Shown piece by piece: positions 26,801 to 39,650 of a DNA stretch of 64,000 bases. The DNA is from the human T2T-CHM13v2.0 reference genome, Homo sapiens. Positions within the stretch are counted from its first letter, which is position 1. Each line of letters begins with the position of its first letter. Under the pieces are notes generated by a model, which saw nothing but the letters and a program-made list of their open reading frames with translations, was not told where the DNA came from and made no database searches. The DNA is taken from the NCBI RefSeq assembly GCF_009914755.1, contig NC_060935.1; one strand, 5' to 3'. A program made the position numbers and the translations under genes.

Positions 26801-29800
26801 TATTCGGACCTCTCTGAGGATTGTGTTGGAAACGGGATAAACTTCCCAGAACTACACGGAAGCATTCTCCGAAACTTCTTTGTGATGTTTGCATACAACT
26901 CACAGAGTTGAACCTTCCTTTCATACTTCAGCTTTGAGACACTCTTTTGGTAGAATCTGCAGGTGGATATTTGGACCACTGTGAGGTCTTCGTTCGAAAC
27001 GGGTACACCTTCACGTAAAAACTCAAGAGGAGCATTCTCAGAAACTTCTGTGTGATGATTGCATTCAGGTCACAGAGTTGAACCCTCCATTTGATTGAGC
27101 AGTTTGGAAACTCTCTTTTTGTAGAATCTGTAAGAGGATATGCGGACTTCTTTGAAGATTTCTTTGGAAACGGGAATATCTTCACAGAAAAACTAAACTG
27201 AAGCATTCTCGCAAACTTCTTTGTGATGTTTGTGTTCGGGTCACACAGTTTAACCTCGCTTTTCACAGAGCGGTTTTGAGACACTCCTTTCGTAGAATCT
27301 GCAAGTGGACATGTGGAGCGCTTCCAGGCCTGTGGTGGAAAAGGAAACATCTTCACATAAGAACTAGAGAGAAGTATTGTCAGAAACTTCTTTGTGATGA
27401 TTGCATTCAACTCACAGAGTTGAAGATTCCGTTTGAAACAGCAGTTTCGAAACACTCTTTCTGTGGGATCGGCCAGTGGATATTTGGACCTCTTCGAAGA
27501 TTTCGTTGGAAATGGGATAAACTTCACATAAAAGCTAAACCGAAGCATTCTCAGAAACTTCTTTGTGATGTTTGCATTCACCTCACAGAGTCGAACTTTC
27601 CCTCTGATACAGCACCTTTGAAACGCTCGTTTGCTAGAATCTGCAGGTGGACATTGGGAGGGCTTTGTGGACTGTGGTGGAAAAGGGAATATCTTCTCAT
27701 AAAAACTACATAGAAGCACTCTCAGAAACGACTCTGTGATGATAGCATTCAACTCACAGAGTTGGACATTCATTCCTTTTGAGAGAGCAGTTTGGAAACA
27801 CTCTTTCTGTCGAATCTGCAAGTGGAGATTTGGACCGCTTTGAGGCCTATGGTAGTAAAGGGAAGAACTTCATATAAGAACTAGACAGTAGCACTCTCAG
27901 AAAATTCTTTGTGACGATGGAGTTTAACTCAGAGAGCTGAACATTCGTTTTGATGGAGCAGTTTCCAAACACACTTTCTGTAGAATCTGCAAGTGTAAAT
28001 TTGGACTTCTCTGAGGATTTCGTTGGAAAGGGGATAAACTTCCCAGAAGTAATCGGAAGCATTCTCCGAAATATCTTTGTGATGTTTGCATTCAACTCAC
28101 AGGGTTGAACATTCCTTTCATAGTTCAGCTTTCAAACACTCTTTCTGTAGAATCTGCAAGTGGATACTTGCACCACTTTGTGGCCTTCCTTCGAAACGGG
28201 TATATCTTCACATCAAACCTAGACAGAAGCATTCTCAGAATGTTTCCTGTGAGGACTGCATTCAACTCACAGAGTTGAACAATCCTGTTGACGGAGCAGT
28301 TTTGAAACTCCCTTTCTTTGGAATCTGCAAGTGGATATGTGGACCTCTTTGAAGATTTCGTTGGAAACGGGTTCATCTTCACATAAAAACTAAACAGAAG
28401 CATTCTCAGAAACTACTTTGTGATGTTTGTGTTCAACTTCCGGAATTGAACTTTCCTCTGGAAAGAGCAGCTATGAAACGCTCTTTTTCTAGAATGTGCA
28501 AGTGGACATTTGGAGGGCTTTGAGGCCTGCGGTGGAAAGGGAAATATCTTCACATGAAAACTAGATAGAAGCATTCTCAGAAACCACTTTGGGATGACTG
28601 CATCGGACTCACAGAGTTGGACATTCCTATGGATAGAACAGTTTGTAAACACTCTTTTTGTAGAATCTGCAATTGGAGATTTGGACGGCTTTGAGGCCTA
28701 CGGAAGTAAAGGAAATAACTTCACATAAAAACCAAATGGAAGCATTCACAGAAAATTCTTTGCGATGATTGTATTTAACTGAGAGAGCTGAACATTCCTT
28801 TAGATGGAGCAGTTTCCAAACACACTTTTTGTAGGATCTGCAGGTGGATATTCGGATCTCTCTGAGGATTGCGTTGGAAACGGGATAAACTTCCCAGAAC
28901 TACACGGAAGCATTCTCCGAAACTTCTTTGTGATGTTTGCATACAACTCACAGAGCTGAACCTTCCTTTCATAGTTCAGCTTTGAGACAGTCTTTTGGTA
29001 GAATCTGCAGGTGGATATTTGGACCACTGTGAGGCCTTCGTTCGAAACGGGTACACCTTCACGTAAAACTCAAGAGAAGCATTCTCAGAAACTTCTGTGT
29101 GATGATTGCATTCAGGTCACAGAGTTGAACCCTCCATTTGATTGAGCAGTTTGGAAACTCTCTTTTTGTAGAATCTGTAAGAGGATATGCAGACTTCTTT
29201 GAAGATTTCTTTGGAAACGGGAATATCTTCACAGAAAAACTAAACTGAAGCATTCTCGCAAACTTCTTTGTGATGTTTGTGTTCGGGTCACACAGTTTAA
29301 CCTCGCTTTTCACAGAGCGGTTTTGAGACACTCCTTTCGTAGAATCTGCAAGTGGACATGTGGAGCGCTTCCAGGCCTGTGGTGGAAAAGGAAACATCTT
29401 CACATAAGAACTAGAGAGAAGTATTGTCAGAAACGTCTTTGTGATGATTGCATTCAACTCACAGAGTTGAAGATTCCGTTTGAAACAGCAGTTTCGAAAC
29501 ACTCTTTCTGTGGGATCGGCCAGTGGATATTTGGACCTCTTCGAAGATTTCTTTGGAAATGGGATAAACTTCACATAAAAGCTAAACCGAAGCATTCTCA
29601 GAAACTTCTTTGTGATGTTTGCATTCACCTCACAGAGTCGAACTTTCCCTCTGATACAGCACCTTTGAAACGCTCGTTTGCTAGAATCTGCAGGTGGACA
29701 TTTGGAGGGCTTTGTGGACTGTGGTGGAAAAGGGAATATCTTCTCATAAAAACTACATAGAAGCACTCTCAGAAACGACTGTGTGATGATAGCATTCAAC

Positions 29801-32800
29801 TCACAGAGTTGGACATTCATTCCTTTTGAGAGAGCAGTTTGGAAACACTCTTTCTGTCGAATCTGCAAGTGGAGATTTGGACCGCTTTGAGGCCTATGGT
29901 AGTAAAGGGAAGAACTTCATATAAGAACTAGACAGTAGCACTCTCAGAAAATTCTTTGTGACGATGGAGTTTAACTCAGAGAGCTGAACATTCGTTTTGA
30001 TGGAGCAGTTTCCAAACACACTTTTGGTAGAATCTGCAAGTGTAAATTTGGACTTCTCTAAGGATTTCGTTGGAAAGGGGATAAACTTCCCAGAAGTAAT
30101 CGGAAGCATTCTCCGAAACTTCTTTGTGATGTTTGCATTCAACTCACAGGCTGAACCTTCCTTTCATAGTTCAGCTTTCAAACACTCTTTCTGTAGAATC
30201 TGCAAGTGGATATTTGCACCACTTTGTGGCCTTCCTTCGAAACGGGTATATCTTCACATCAAACCTAGACAGAAGCATTCTCAGAATGTTTCCTGTGAGG
30301 ACTGCATTCAACTCACAGAGTTGAACACTCCTGTTGATGGAGCAGTTTTGAAACTCCCTTTCTTTGGAATCTGCAAGTGGATATGTGGACCTCTTTGAAG
30401 ATTTCGTTGGAAACGGGTTCATCTTCACATAAAAACTAAACAGAAGCATTCTCAGAAACTACTTTGTGATGTTTGTGTTCAACTTCCGGAATTGAACTTT
30501 CCTCTGGAAAGAGCAGCTATGAAACGCTCTTTTTCTAGAATGTGCAAGTGGACATTTGGAGGGCTTTGAGGCCTGCGGTGGAAAGGGAAATATCTTCACA
30601 TGAAAACTAGATAGAAGCATTCTCAGAAACCACTTTTTGATGATTGCATCGGACTCACAGAGTTGGACATTCCTATGGATAGAACAGTTTGTAAACACTC
30701 TTTTTGTAGAATCTGCAATTGGAGATTTGGACGGCTTTGAGGCCTACGGAAGTAAAGGAAATAACTTCACATAAAAACCAAATGGAAGCATTCACAGAAA
30801 ATTCTTTGCGATGATTGTATTTAACTGAGAGAGCTGAACATTCCTTTAGATGGAGCAGTTTCCAAACACACTTTTTGTAGGATCTGCAGGTGGATATTCG
30901 GACCTCTCTGAGGATTGTGTTGGAAACGGGATAAACTTCCCAGAACTACACGGAAGCATTCTCCGAAACTTCTTTGTGATGTTTGCATACAACTCAGAGA
31001 GTTGAACCTTCCTTTCATAGTTCAGCTTTGAGACACTCTTTTGGTAGAGTCTGCAGGTGGATATTTGGACCACTGTGAGGTCTTCGTTCGAAACGGGTAC
31101 ACCTTCACGTAAAAACTCAAGAGAAGCATTCTCAGAAACTTCTGTGTGATGATTGCATTCAGGTCACAGAGTTGAACCCTCCATTTGATTGAGCAGTTTG
31201 GAAACTCTCTTTTTGTAGAATCTGTAAGAGGATATGCGGACTTCTTTGAAGATTTCTTTGGAAACGGGAATATCTTCACAGAAAAACTAAACTGAAGCAT
31301 TCTCGCAAACTTCTTTGTGATGTTTGTGTTCGGGTCACACAGTTTAACCTCGCTTTTCACAGAGTGGTTTTGAGACACTCCTTTCGTAGAATCTGCAAGT
31401 GGACATGTGGAGCGCTTCCAGGCCTGTGGTGGAAAAGGAAACATCTTCACATAAGAACTAGAGAGAAGTATTGTCAGAAACGTCTTTGTGATGATTGCAT
31501 TCAACTCACAGAGTTGAAGATTCCGTTTGAAACAGCAGTTTCGAAACACTCTTTCTGTGGGATCGGCCAGTGGATATTTGGACCTCTTCGAAGATTTCGT
31601 TGGTAATGGCATAAACTTCACATAAAAGCTAAACCGAAGCATTCTCAGAAACTTCTTTGTGATGTTTGCATTCACCTCACAGAGTCGAACTTTCCCTCTG
31701 ATACAGCACCTTTGAAATGCTCGTTTGCTAGAATCTGCAGGTGGACTTTGGGAGGGCTTTGTGGACTGTGGTGGAAAAGGGAATATCTTCTCATAAAAAC
31801 TACATAGAAGCACTCTCAGAAACGACTCTGTGATGATAGCATTCAACTCACAGAGTTGGACATTCATTCCTTTTGAGAGAGCAGTTTGGAAACACTCTTT
31901 CTGTTAAATCTACAAGTGGAGATTTGGACCGCTGTGAGGCCTATGGTAGTAAAGGGAAGAACTTCATATAAGAACTAGACAGTAGCACTCTCAGAAAATT
32001 CTTTGTGACGATGGAGTTTAACTCAGAGAGCTGAACATTCGTTTTGATGGAGCAGTTTCCAAACACACTTTCTGTAGAATCTGCAAGTGTAAATTTGGAC
32101 TTCTCTGAGGATTTCGTTGGAAAGGGGATAAACTTCCCAGAAGTAATCGGAAGCATTCTCCGAAATTTCTTTGTGATGTTTGCATTCAACTCACAGGCTG
32201 AACCTTCCTTTCATAGTTCAGCTTTCAAACACTCTTTCTGTAGAATCTGCAAGTGGATATTTGCACCACTTTGTGGCCTTCCTTCGAAACGGGTATATCT
32301 TCACATCAAACCTAGACAGAAGCATTCTCAGAATGTTTCCTGTGAGGACTGCATTCAACTCACAGAGTTGAACAATCCTGTTGACGGAGCAGTTTTGAAA
32401 CTCCCTTTCTTTGGAATCTGCAAGTGGATATGTGGACCTCTTTGAAGATTTCGTTGGAAACGGGTTCATCTTCACATAAAAACTAAACAGAAGCATTCTC
32501 AGAAACTACTTTGTGATGTTTGTGTTCAACTTCCGGAATTGAACTTTCCTCTGGAAAGAGCAGCTATGAAACGCTCTTTTTCTAGAATGTGCAAGTGGAC
32601 ATTTGGAGGGCTTTGAGGCCTGCGGTGGAAAGGGAAATATCTTCACATGAAAACTAGATAGAAGCATTCTCAGAAACCACTTTGGGATGATTGCATCGGA
32701 CTCACAGAGTTGGACATTCCTATGGATAGAACAGTTTGTAAACACTCTTTTTGTAGAATCTGCAATTGGAGATTTGGACGGCTTTGAGGCCTACGGAAGT

Positions 32801-35800
32801 AAAGGAAATAACTTCACATAAAAACCAAACGGAAGCATTCACAGAAAATTATTTGCGATGATTGTATTTAACTGAGAGAGCTGAACATTCCTTTAGATGG
32901 AGCAGTTTCCAAACACACTTTTTGTAGGATCTGCAGGTGGATATTCGGACCTCTCTGAGGATTGCATTGGAAACGGGATAAACTTCCCAGAACTACACGG
33001 AAGCATTCTCCGAAACTTCTTTGTGATGTTTGCATACAACTCACAGAGTTGAACCTTCCTTTCATAGTTCAGCTTTGAGACACTCTTTTGGTAGAATCTG
33101 CAGGTGGATATTTGGACCACTGTGAGGCCTTCGTTCGAAACGGGGACACCTTCACGTAAAAACTCAAGAGGAGCATTCTCAGAAACTTCTGTGTGGTGAT
33201 TGCATTCAGGTCACAGAGTTGAACCCTCCATTTGATTGAGCAGTTTGGAAACTCTCTTTTTGTAGAATCTGTAAGAGGATATGCGGACTTCTTTGAAGAT
33301 TTCTTTGGAAACGGGAATATCTTCACAGAAAAACTAAACTGAAGCATTCTCGCAAACTTCTTTGTGATGTTTGTGTTCGGGTCACACAGTTTAACCTCGC
33401 TTTTCACAGAGCGGTTTTGAGACACTCCTTTTGTAGAATCTGCAAGTGGACATGTGGAGCGCTTCCAGGCCTGTGGTGGAAAAGGAAACATCTTCACATA
33501 AGAACTAGAGAGAAGCATTGTCAGAAACGTCTTTGTGATGATTGCATTCAACTCACAGAGTTGAAGATCCCGTTTGAAACAGCAGTTTCAAAACACTCTT
33601 TCTGTGGGATCGGCCAGTGGATATTTGGACCTCTTCGAAGATTTCGTTGGAAATGGGATAAACTTCACATAAAAGCTAAACCGAAGCATTCTCAGAAACT
33701 TCTTTGTGATGTTTGCATTCACCTCACAGAGTCGAACTTTCCCTCTGATACAGCACCTTTGAAACGCTCGTTTGCTAGAATCTGCAGGTGGACATTTGGA
33801 GGGCTTTGTGGACTGTGGTGGAAAAGGGAATATCTTCTCATAAAAACTACATAGAAGCACTCTCAGAAACGACTGTGTGATGATAGCATTCAACTCACAG
33901 AGTTGGACATTCATTCCTTTTGAGAGAGCAGTTTGGAAACACTCTTTCTGTCGAATCTGCAAGTGGAGATTTGGACCGCTTTGAGGCCTATGGTAGTAAA
34001 GGGAAGAACTTCATATAAGAACTAGACAGTAGCACTCTCAGAAAATTCTTTGTGACGATGGAGTTTAACTCAGAGAGCTGAACATTCGTTTTGATGGAGC
34101 AGTTTCCAAACACACTTTTGGTAGAATCTGCAAGTGTAAATTTGGACTTCTGTAAGGATTTCGTTGGAAAGGGGATAAACTTCCCAGAAGTAATCGGAAG
34201 CATTCTCCGAAACTTCTTTGTGATGTTTGCATTCAACTCACAGGCTGAACCTTCCTTTCATAGTTCAGCTTTCAAACACTCTTTCTGTAGAATCTGCAAG
34301 TGGATATTTGGACCACTTTGTGGCCTTCCTTCGAAACGGGTATATCTTCACATCAAACCTAGACAGAAGCATTCTCAGAATGTTTCCTGTGAGGACTGCA
34401 TTCAACTCACAGAGTTGAACAATCCTGTTGACGGAGCAGTTTTGAAACTCCCTTTCTTTGGAATCTGCAAGTGGATATGTGGACCTCTTTGAAGGTTTCG
34501 TTGGAAACGGGTTCATCTTCACATAAAAACTAAACAGAAGCATTCTCAGAAACTACTTTGTGATGTTTGTGTTCAACTTCCGGAATTGAACTTTCCTCTG
34601 GAAAGAGCAGCTATGAAACGCTCTTTTTTTAGAATGTGCAAGTGGACATTTGGAGGGCTTTGAGGCCTGCGGTGGAAAGGGAAATATCTTCACATGAAAA
34701 CTAGATAGAAGCATTCTCAGAAACCACTTTTTGATGATTGCATCGGACTCACAGAGTTGGACATTCCTATGGATAGAACAGTTTGTAAACACTCTTTTTG
34801 TAGAATCTGCAATTGGAGATTTGGACGGCTTTGAGGCCTACGGAAGTAAAGGAAATAACTTCACATAAAAACCAAACGGAAGCATTCACAGAAAATTCTT
34901 TGCGATGATTGTATTTAACTGAGAGAGCTGAACATTCCTTTAGATGGAGCAGTTTCCAAACACACTTTTTGTAGGATCTGCAGGTGGATATTCGGACCTC
35001 TCTGAGGATTGCATTGGAAACGGGATAAACTTCCCAGAACTACACGGAAGCATTCTCCGAAACTTCTTTGTGATGTTTGCATACAACTCACAGAGTTGAA
35101 CCTTCCTTTCATAGTTCAGCTTTGAGACACTCTTTTGGTAGAATCTGCAGGTGGATAATTGGACCACTGTGAGGCCTTCGTTCGAAACGGGTACACCTTC
35201 ACGTAAAAACTCAAGAGGAGCATTCTCAGAAACTTCTGTGTGATGATTGCATTCAGGTCACAGAGTTGAACCCTCCATTTGATTGAGCAGTTTGGAAACT
35301 CTCTTTTTGTAGAATCTGTAAGAGGATATGCGGACTTCTTTGAAGATTTCTTTGGAAACGGGAATATCTTCACAGAAAAACTAAACTGAAGCATTCTCGC
35401 AAACTTCTTTGTGATGTTTGTGTTCGGGTCACACAGTTTAACCTCGCTTCTCACAGAGCGGTTTTGAGACACTCCTTTTGTAGAATCTGCAAGTGGACAT
35501 GTGGAGCGCTTCCAGGCCTGTGGTGGAAAAGGAAACATCTTCACATAAGAACTAGAGAGAAGCATTGTCAGAAACGTCTTTGTGATGATTGCATTCAACT
35601 CACAGAGTTGAAGATCCCGTTTGAAACAGCAGTTTCAAAACACTCTTTCTGTGGGATCGGCCAGTGGATATTTGGACCTCTTCGAAGATTTCGTTGGAAA
35701 TGGGATAAACTTCACATAAAAGCTAAACCGAAGCATTCTCAGAAACTTCTTTGTGATGTTTGCATTCACCTCACAGAGTCGAACTTTCCCTCTGATACAG

Positions 35801-38800
35801 CACCTTTGAAACGCTCGTTTTCTAGAATCTGCAGGTGGACATTTGGAGGGCTTTGTGGACTGTGGTGGAAAAGGGAATATCTTCTCATAAAAACTACATA
35901 GAAGCACTCTCAGAAACGACTCTGTGATGATAGCATTCAACTCACAGAGTTGGACATTCATTCCTTTTGAGAGAGCAGTTTGGAAACACTCTTTCTGTCG
36001 AATCTGCAAGTGGAGATTTGGACCGCTTTGAGGCCTATGGTAGTAAAGGGAAGAACTTCATATAAGAACTAGACAGTAGCACTCTCAGAAAATTCTTTGT
36101 GACGATGGAGTTTAACTCAGAGAGCTGAACATTCGTTTTGATGGAGCAGTTTCCAAACACACTTTTGGTAGAATCTGCAAGTGTAAATTTGGACTTCTCT
36201 AAGGATTTCGTTGGAAAGGGGATAAACTTCCCAGAAGTAATCGGAAGCATTCTCCGAAACTTCTTTGTGATGTTTGCATTCAACTCACAGGCTGAACCTT
36301 CCTTTCATAGTTCAGCTTTCAAACACTCTTTCTGTAGAATCTGCAAGTGGATATTTGCACCACTTTGTGGCCTTCCTTCGAAACGGGTATATCTTCACAT
36401 CAAACCTAGACAGAAGCATTCTCAGAATGTTTCCTGTGAGGACTACATTCAACTCACAGAGTTGAACAATCCTGTTGGTGGAGCAGTTTTGAAACTCCCT
36501 TTCTTTGGAATCTGCAAGTGGATATGTGGACCGTTTTGAAGTTTTCGTTGGAAACGGGTTCATCTTCACATAAAAACTAAACAGAAGCATTCTCAGAAAC
36601 TATTTTGTGATGTTTGTGTTCAACTTCCGGAATTGAACTTTCCTCTGGAAAGAGCAGCTATGAAACGCTCTTTTTCTAGAATGTGCAAGTGGACATTTGG
36701 AGGGCTTTGAGGCCTGCGGTGGAAAGGGAAATATCTTCACATGAAAACTAGATAGAAGCATTCTCAGATACCACTTTGTGATGATTGCATCGGACTCACA
36801 GAGTTGGACATTCCTATGGATAGAACAGTTTGTAAACACTCTTTTTGTAGAATCTGCAATTGGAGATTTGGACGGCTTTGAGGCCTATGGAAGTAAAGGA
36901 AATAACTTCACATAAAAAGCAAACGGAAGCATTCACAGAAAATTCTTTGCGATGATTGTATTTAACTGAGAGAGCTGAACATTCCTTTAGATGGAGCAGT
37001 TTCCAAACACACTTTTTGTAGGATCTGCAGGTGGATATTCGGACCTCTCTGAGGATTGCATTGGAAACGGGATAAACTTCCCAGAACTACACGGAAGCAT
37101 TCTCCGAAACTTCTTTGTGATGTTTGCATACAACTCACAGAGTTGAACATTCCTTTCATAGTTCAGCTTTGAGACAGTCTTTTGGTAGAATCTGCAGGTG
37201 GATATTTGGACCACTGTGAGGCCTTCGTTCGAAACGGTTATACCTTCACGTAAAAACTCAAGAGAAGCATTCTCAGAAACTTCTGTGTGATGATTGCATT
37301 CAGGTCACAGAGTTGAACCCTCCATTTGATTGAGCAGTTTGGAAACTCTCTTTTTGTAGAATCTGTAAGAGGATATGCGGACTTCTTTGAAGATTCCTTT
37401 GGAAACGGGAATATCTTCACAGAAAAACTAAACTCAAGCATTCTCACAAACTTCTTTGTGATGTTTGTGTTCGGGTCACACAGTTTAACCTCGCTTTTCA
37501 CAGAGCGGTTTTGAGACACTCCTTTCGTAGAATCTGCAAGTGGACATGTGGAGCGCTTCCAGGCCTGTGCTGGAAAAGGAAACATGTTCACATAAGAAGT
37601 AGAGAGAAGCATTGTCAGAAACTTCTTTGTGATGATTGCATTCAACTCACAGAGTTGAAGATTCCTTTTGAAGCAGCAGTTTCGAAACACTCTTTCTGTG
37701 GGATCGGCCAGTGGATATTTGGACCTCTTTGAAGATTTCGTTGGAAATGGGATAAACTTCAGATAAAAGCTAAACCGAAGCATTCTCAGAAACTTCTTTG
37801 TGATGTTTGCATTCACCTCACAGAGTTGAACTTTCCCTCAGATACAGCACCTTGGAGACGCTCGTTTTCTAGAATCTGTAGGTGGACATTTGGAGGGCTT
37901 TGTGGACTGTGGGGGAAAAGGAAATATCTTCTCATAAAAACTACATAGAAGAACTCTCAGAAAAGACTCTGTGATGATAGCGTCGTACTCTGTGAGTTGG
38001 ACCTTCATTCCTTTTGAGAGAGCAGTTTGGAAACACTCTGTCGAATCTGCAAGTGGAGACTTGGACCACTTTGAAGCCTACGGTAGTAAAGGGAAGAACT
38101 TCATATAAGAACTAGACAGTAGCACTCTCAGAAAGTTCTTTGTGACTATCGAGTTTAACTCAGAGTTGAACATTCGTTTTGATGGAGCAGTTTCCAAACA
38201 CACTTTTTGTAGAATCTGCAAGTGGAAATTTGGACTTCTCTGAGGATTTCGTTGGAAACTGTATAAACTTCCCAGAAGTAATCGGAAGCATTCTCCGAAA
38301 CTTGTTTGTGATGTTTGCATTCAACTCACAGGGTTGAACCTTCCTTTCATAGTTCAGCTTTCAAACACTCTTCCTGTAGAATCTGCATGTGGATATTTGC
38401 ACCACTCTGTGGCCTTCCTTCGAAGCGGGTATATCTTCACATCAAACCTAGACAGAAGCATTCTCAGAATGTTTCCTGTGAGGACTGCATTCAACTCACA
38501 GAGTTGAACAATCCTGTTGACGGAGCAGTTTTGAAACTCACTTTCTTTGGAATGTGCAAGTGGATATGTGGAACTCTTTGAAGATTTCATTGGAAACGGG
38601 TTAATCTTCACATAAAAAGTAAACAGAAGCATTCTCAGAAACTACTTTGTGATGTTTGTGTTCAACTTCCAGAGTTGAACTTTCCTCTGGAAAGAGCAGC
38701 TATGAAACACTCTTTTTCTAGAATGTGCAAGTGGACATTTGGAGGGCTTTGAGGCCTGCGGTGGAAAAGGAAATATCTTCACATGAATACTAGATAGAAG

Positions 38801-39650
38801 CATTCTCAGAAACTACTTTGTGATGATTGCATTCGACTCACAGAGTTGGACATTCCTATGGATAGAACAGTTTGTCAACACTCTTTTTGTAGAATCTGCC
38901 GTTGGATATTTGGACGGCTTTGAGACCTACGGTAGTAAAGGAAATAACTTCATATAAAAACCAGATGGAAGCATTCACAGAAAATTCTTTGTGATGATTG
39001 TATTTAACTGAGAGAGCTGAACATTCCTTTAGACGGAGCAGTTTCCAAACACACTTTTTGTAGGATCTGCAAGTGGATATTCGGACCTCTCTGAGGATTG
39101 CGTTGGAAACGGGATAAACTTCCCAGAACTACACGGAAGCATTCTCCGAAACTTCTTTGTGATGTTTGCATACAACTCACAGAGTTGAACCTTCCTTTCA
39201 TAGTTCAGCTTTGAGACACTCTTTTGGTAGAATCTGCAGGTGGATATTTGGACCACTGTGAGGCCTTCGTTCGAAACGGGTATATCTTCCCGTAAAAACT
39301 CAAGAGAAGCATTCTCAGAAACTTCTGTGTGACGATTGCAGTCAAGTCACAGAGTTGAACCCTCCATTTGATTGAGCAGTTTGGAAACTCTCTTTTTGTA
39401 GAATCTGTAAGAGGACATGCGGACTTCTTTGAAGATTTCTTTGGAAACGGGAATATTTTCACAGAAAAACTATACTGAAGCGTTCTCCCAAACTTCTTTG
39501 TGATGTTTGTGTTCGAATCACACAGTTTAACCTCGCTTTTCATAGAGCGGTTTTGAGACACTCCTTTCGTAGAACTGCAAGTGGACATTTGGAGTGCGTC
39601 CAGGCCTGTGGTGGAAAAGGAAACATCTTCACATAAAAACTAGATAGAAG
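14866..39650 (+). repeat. 12-mer alpha-satellite HOR, right block (~12 copies, one 14-mer variant, degenerating after ~36.4 kb)
   Basis: Unit starts at 15264, 17654, 19703, 21750, 23798, 25845, 27892, 29939, 31986, 34033, 36080, 38123 (spacings 2390, 2049, 2047, 2048, then 2047, last 2043). Confidence 0.96.

Noticed and set aside
1-39650. Identification as DXZ1
   Set aside because: Same monomer layout, but the unit length is 2047-2048 rather than 2057, CENP-B boxes are few, and it is interleaved with D11Z1-like pentamers.
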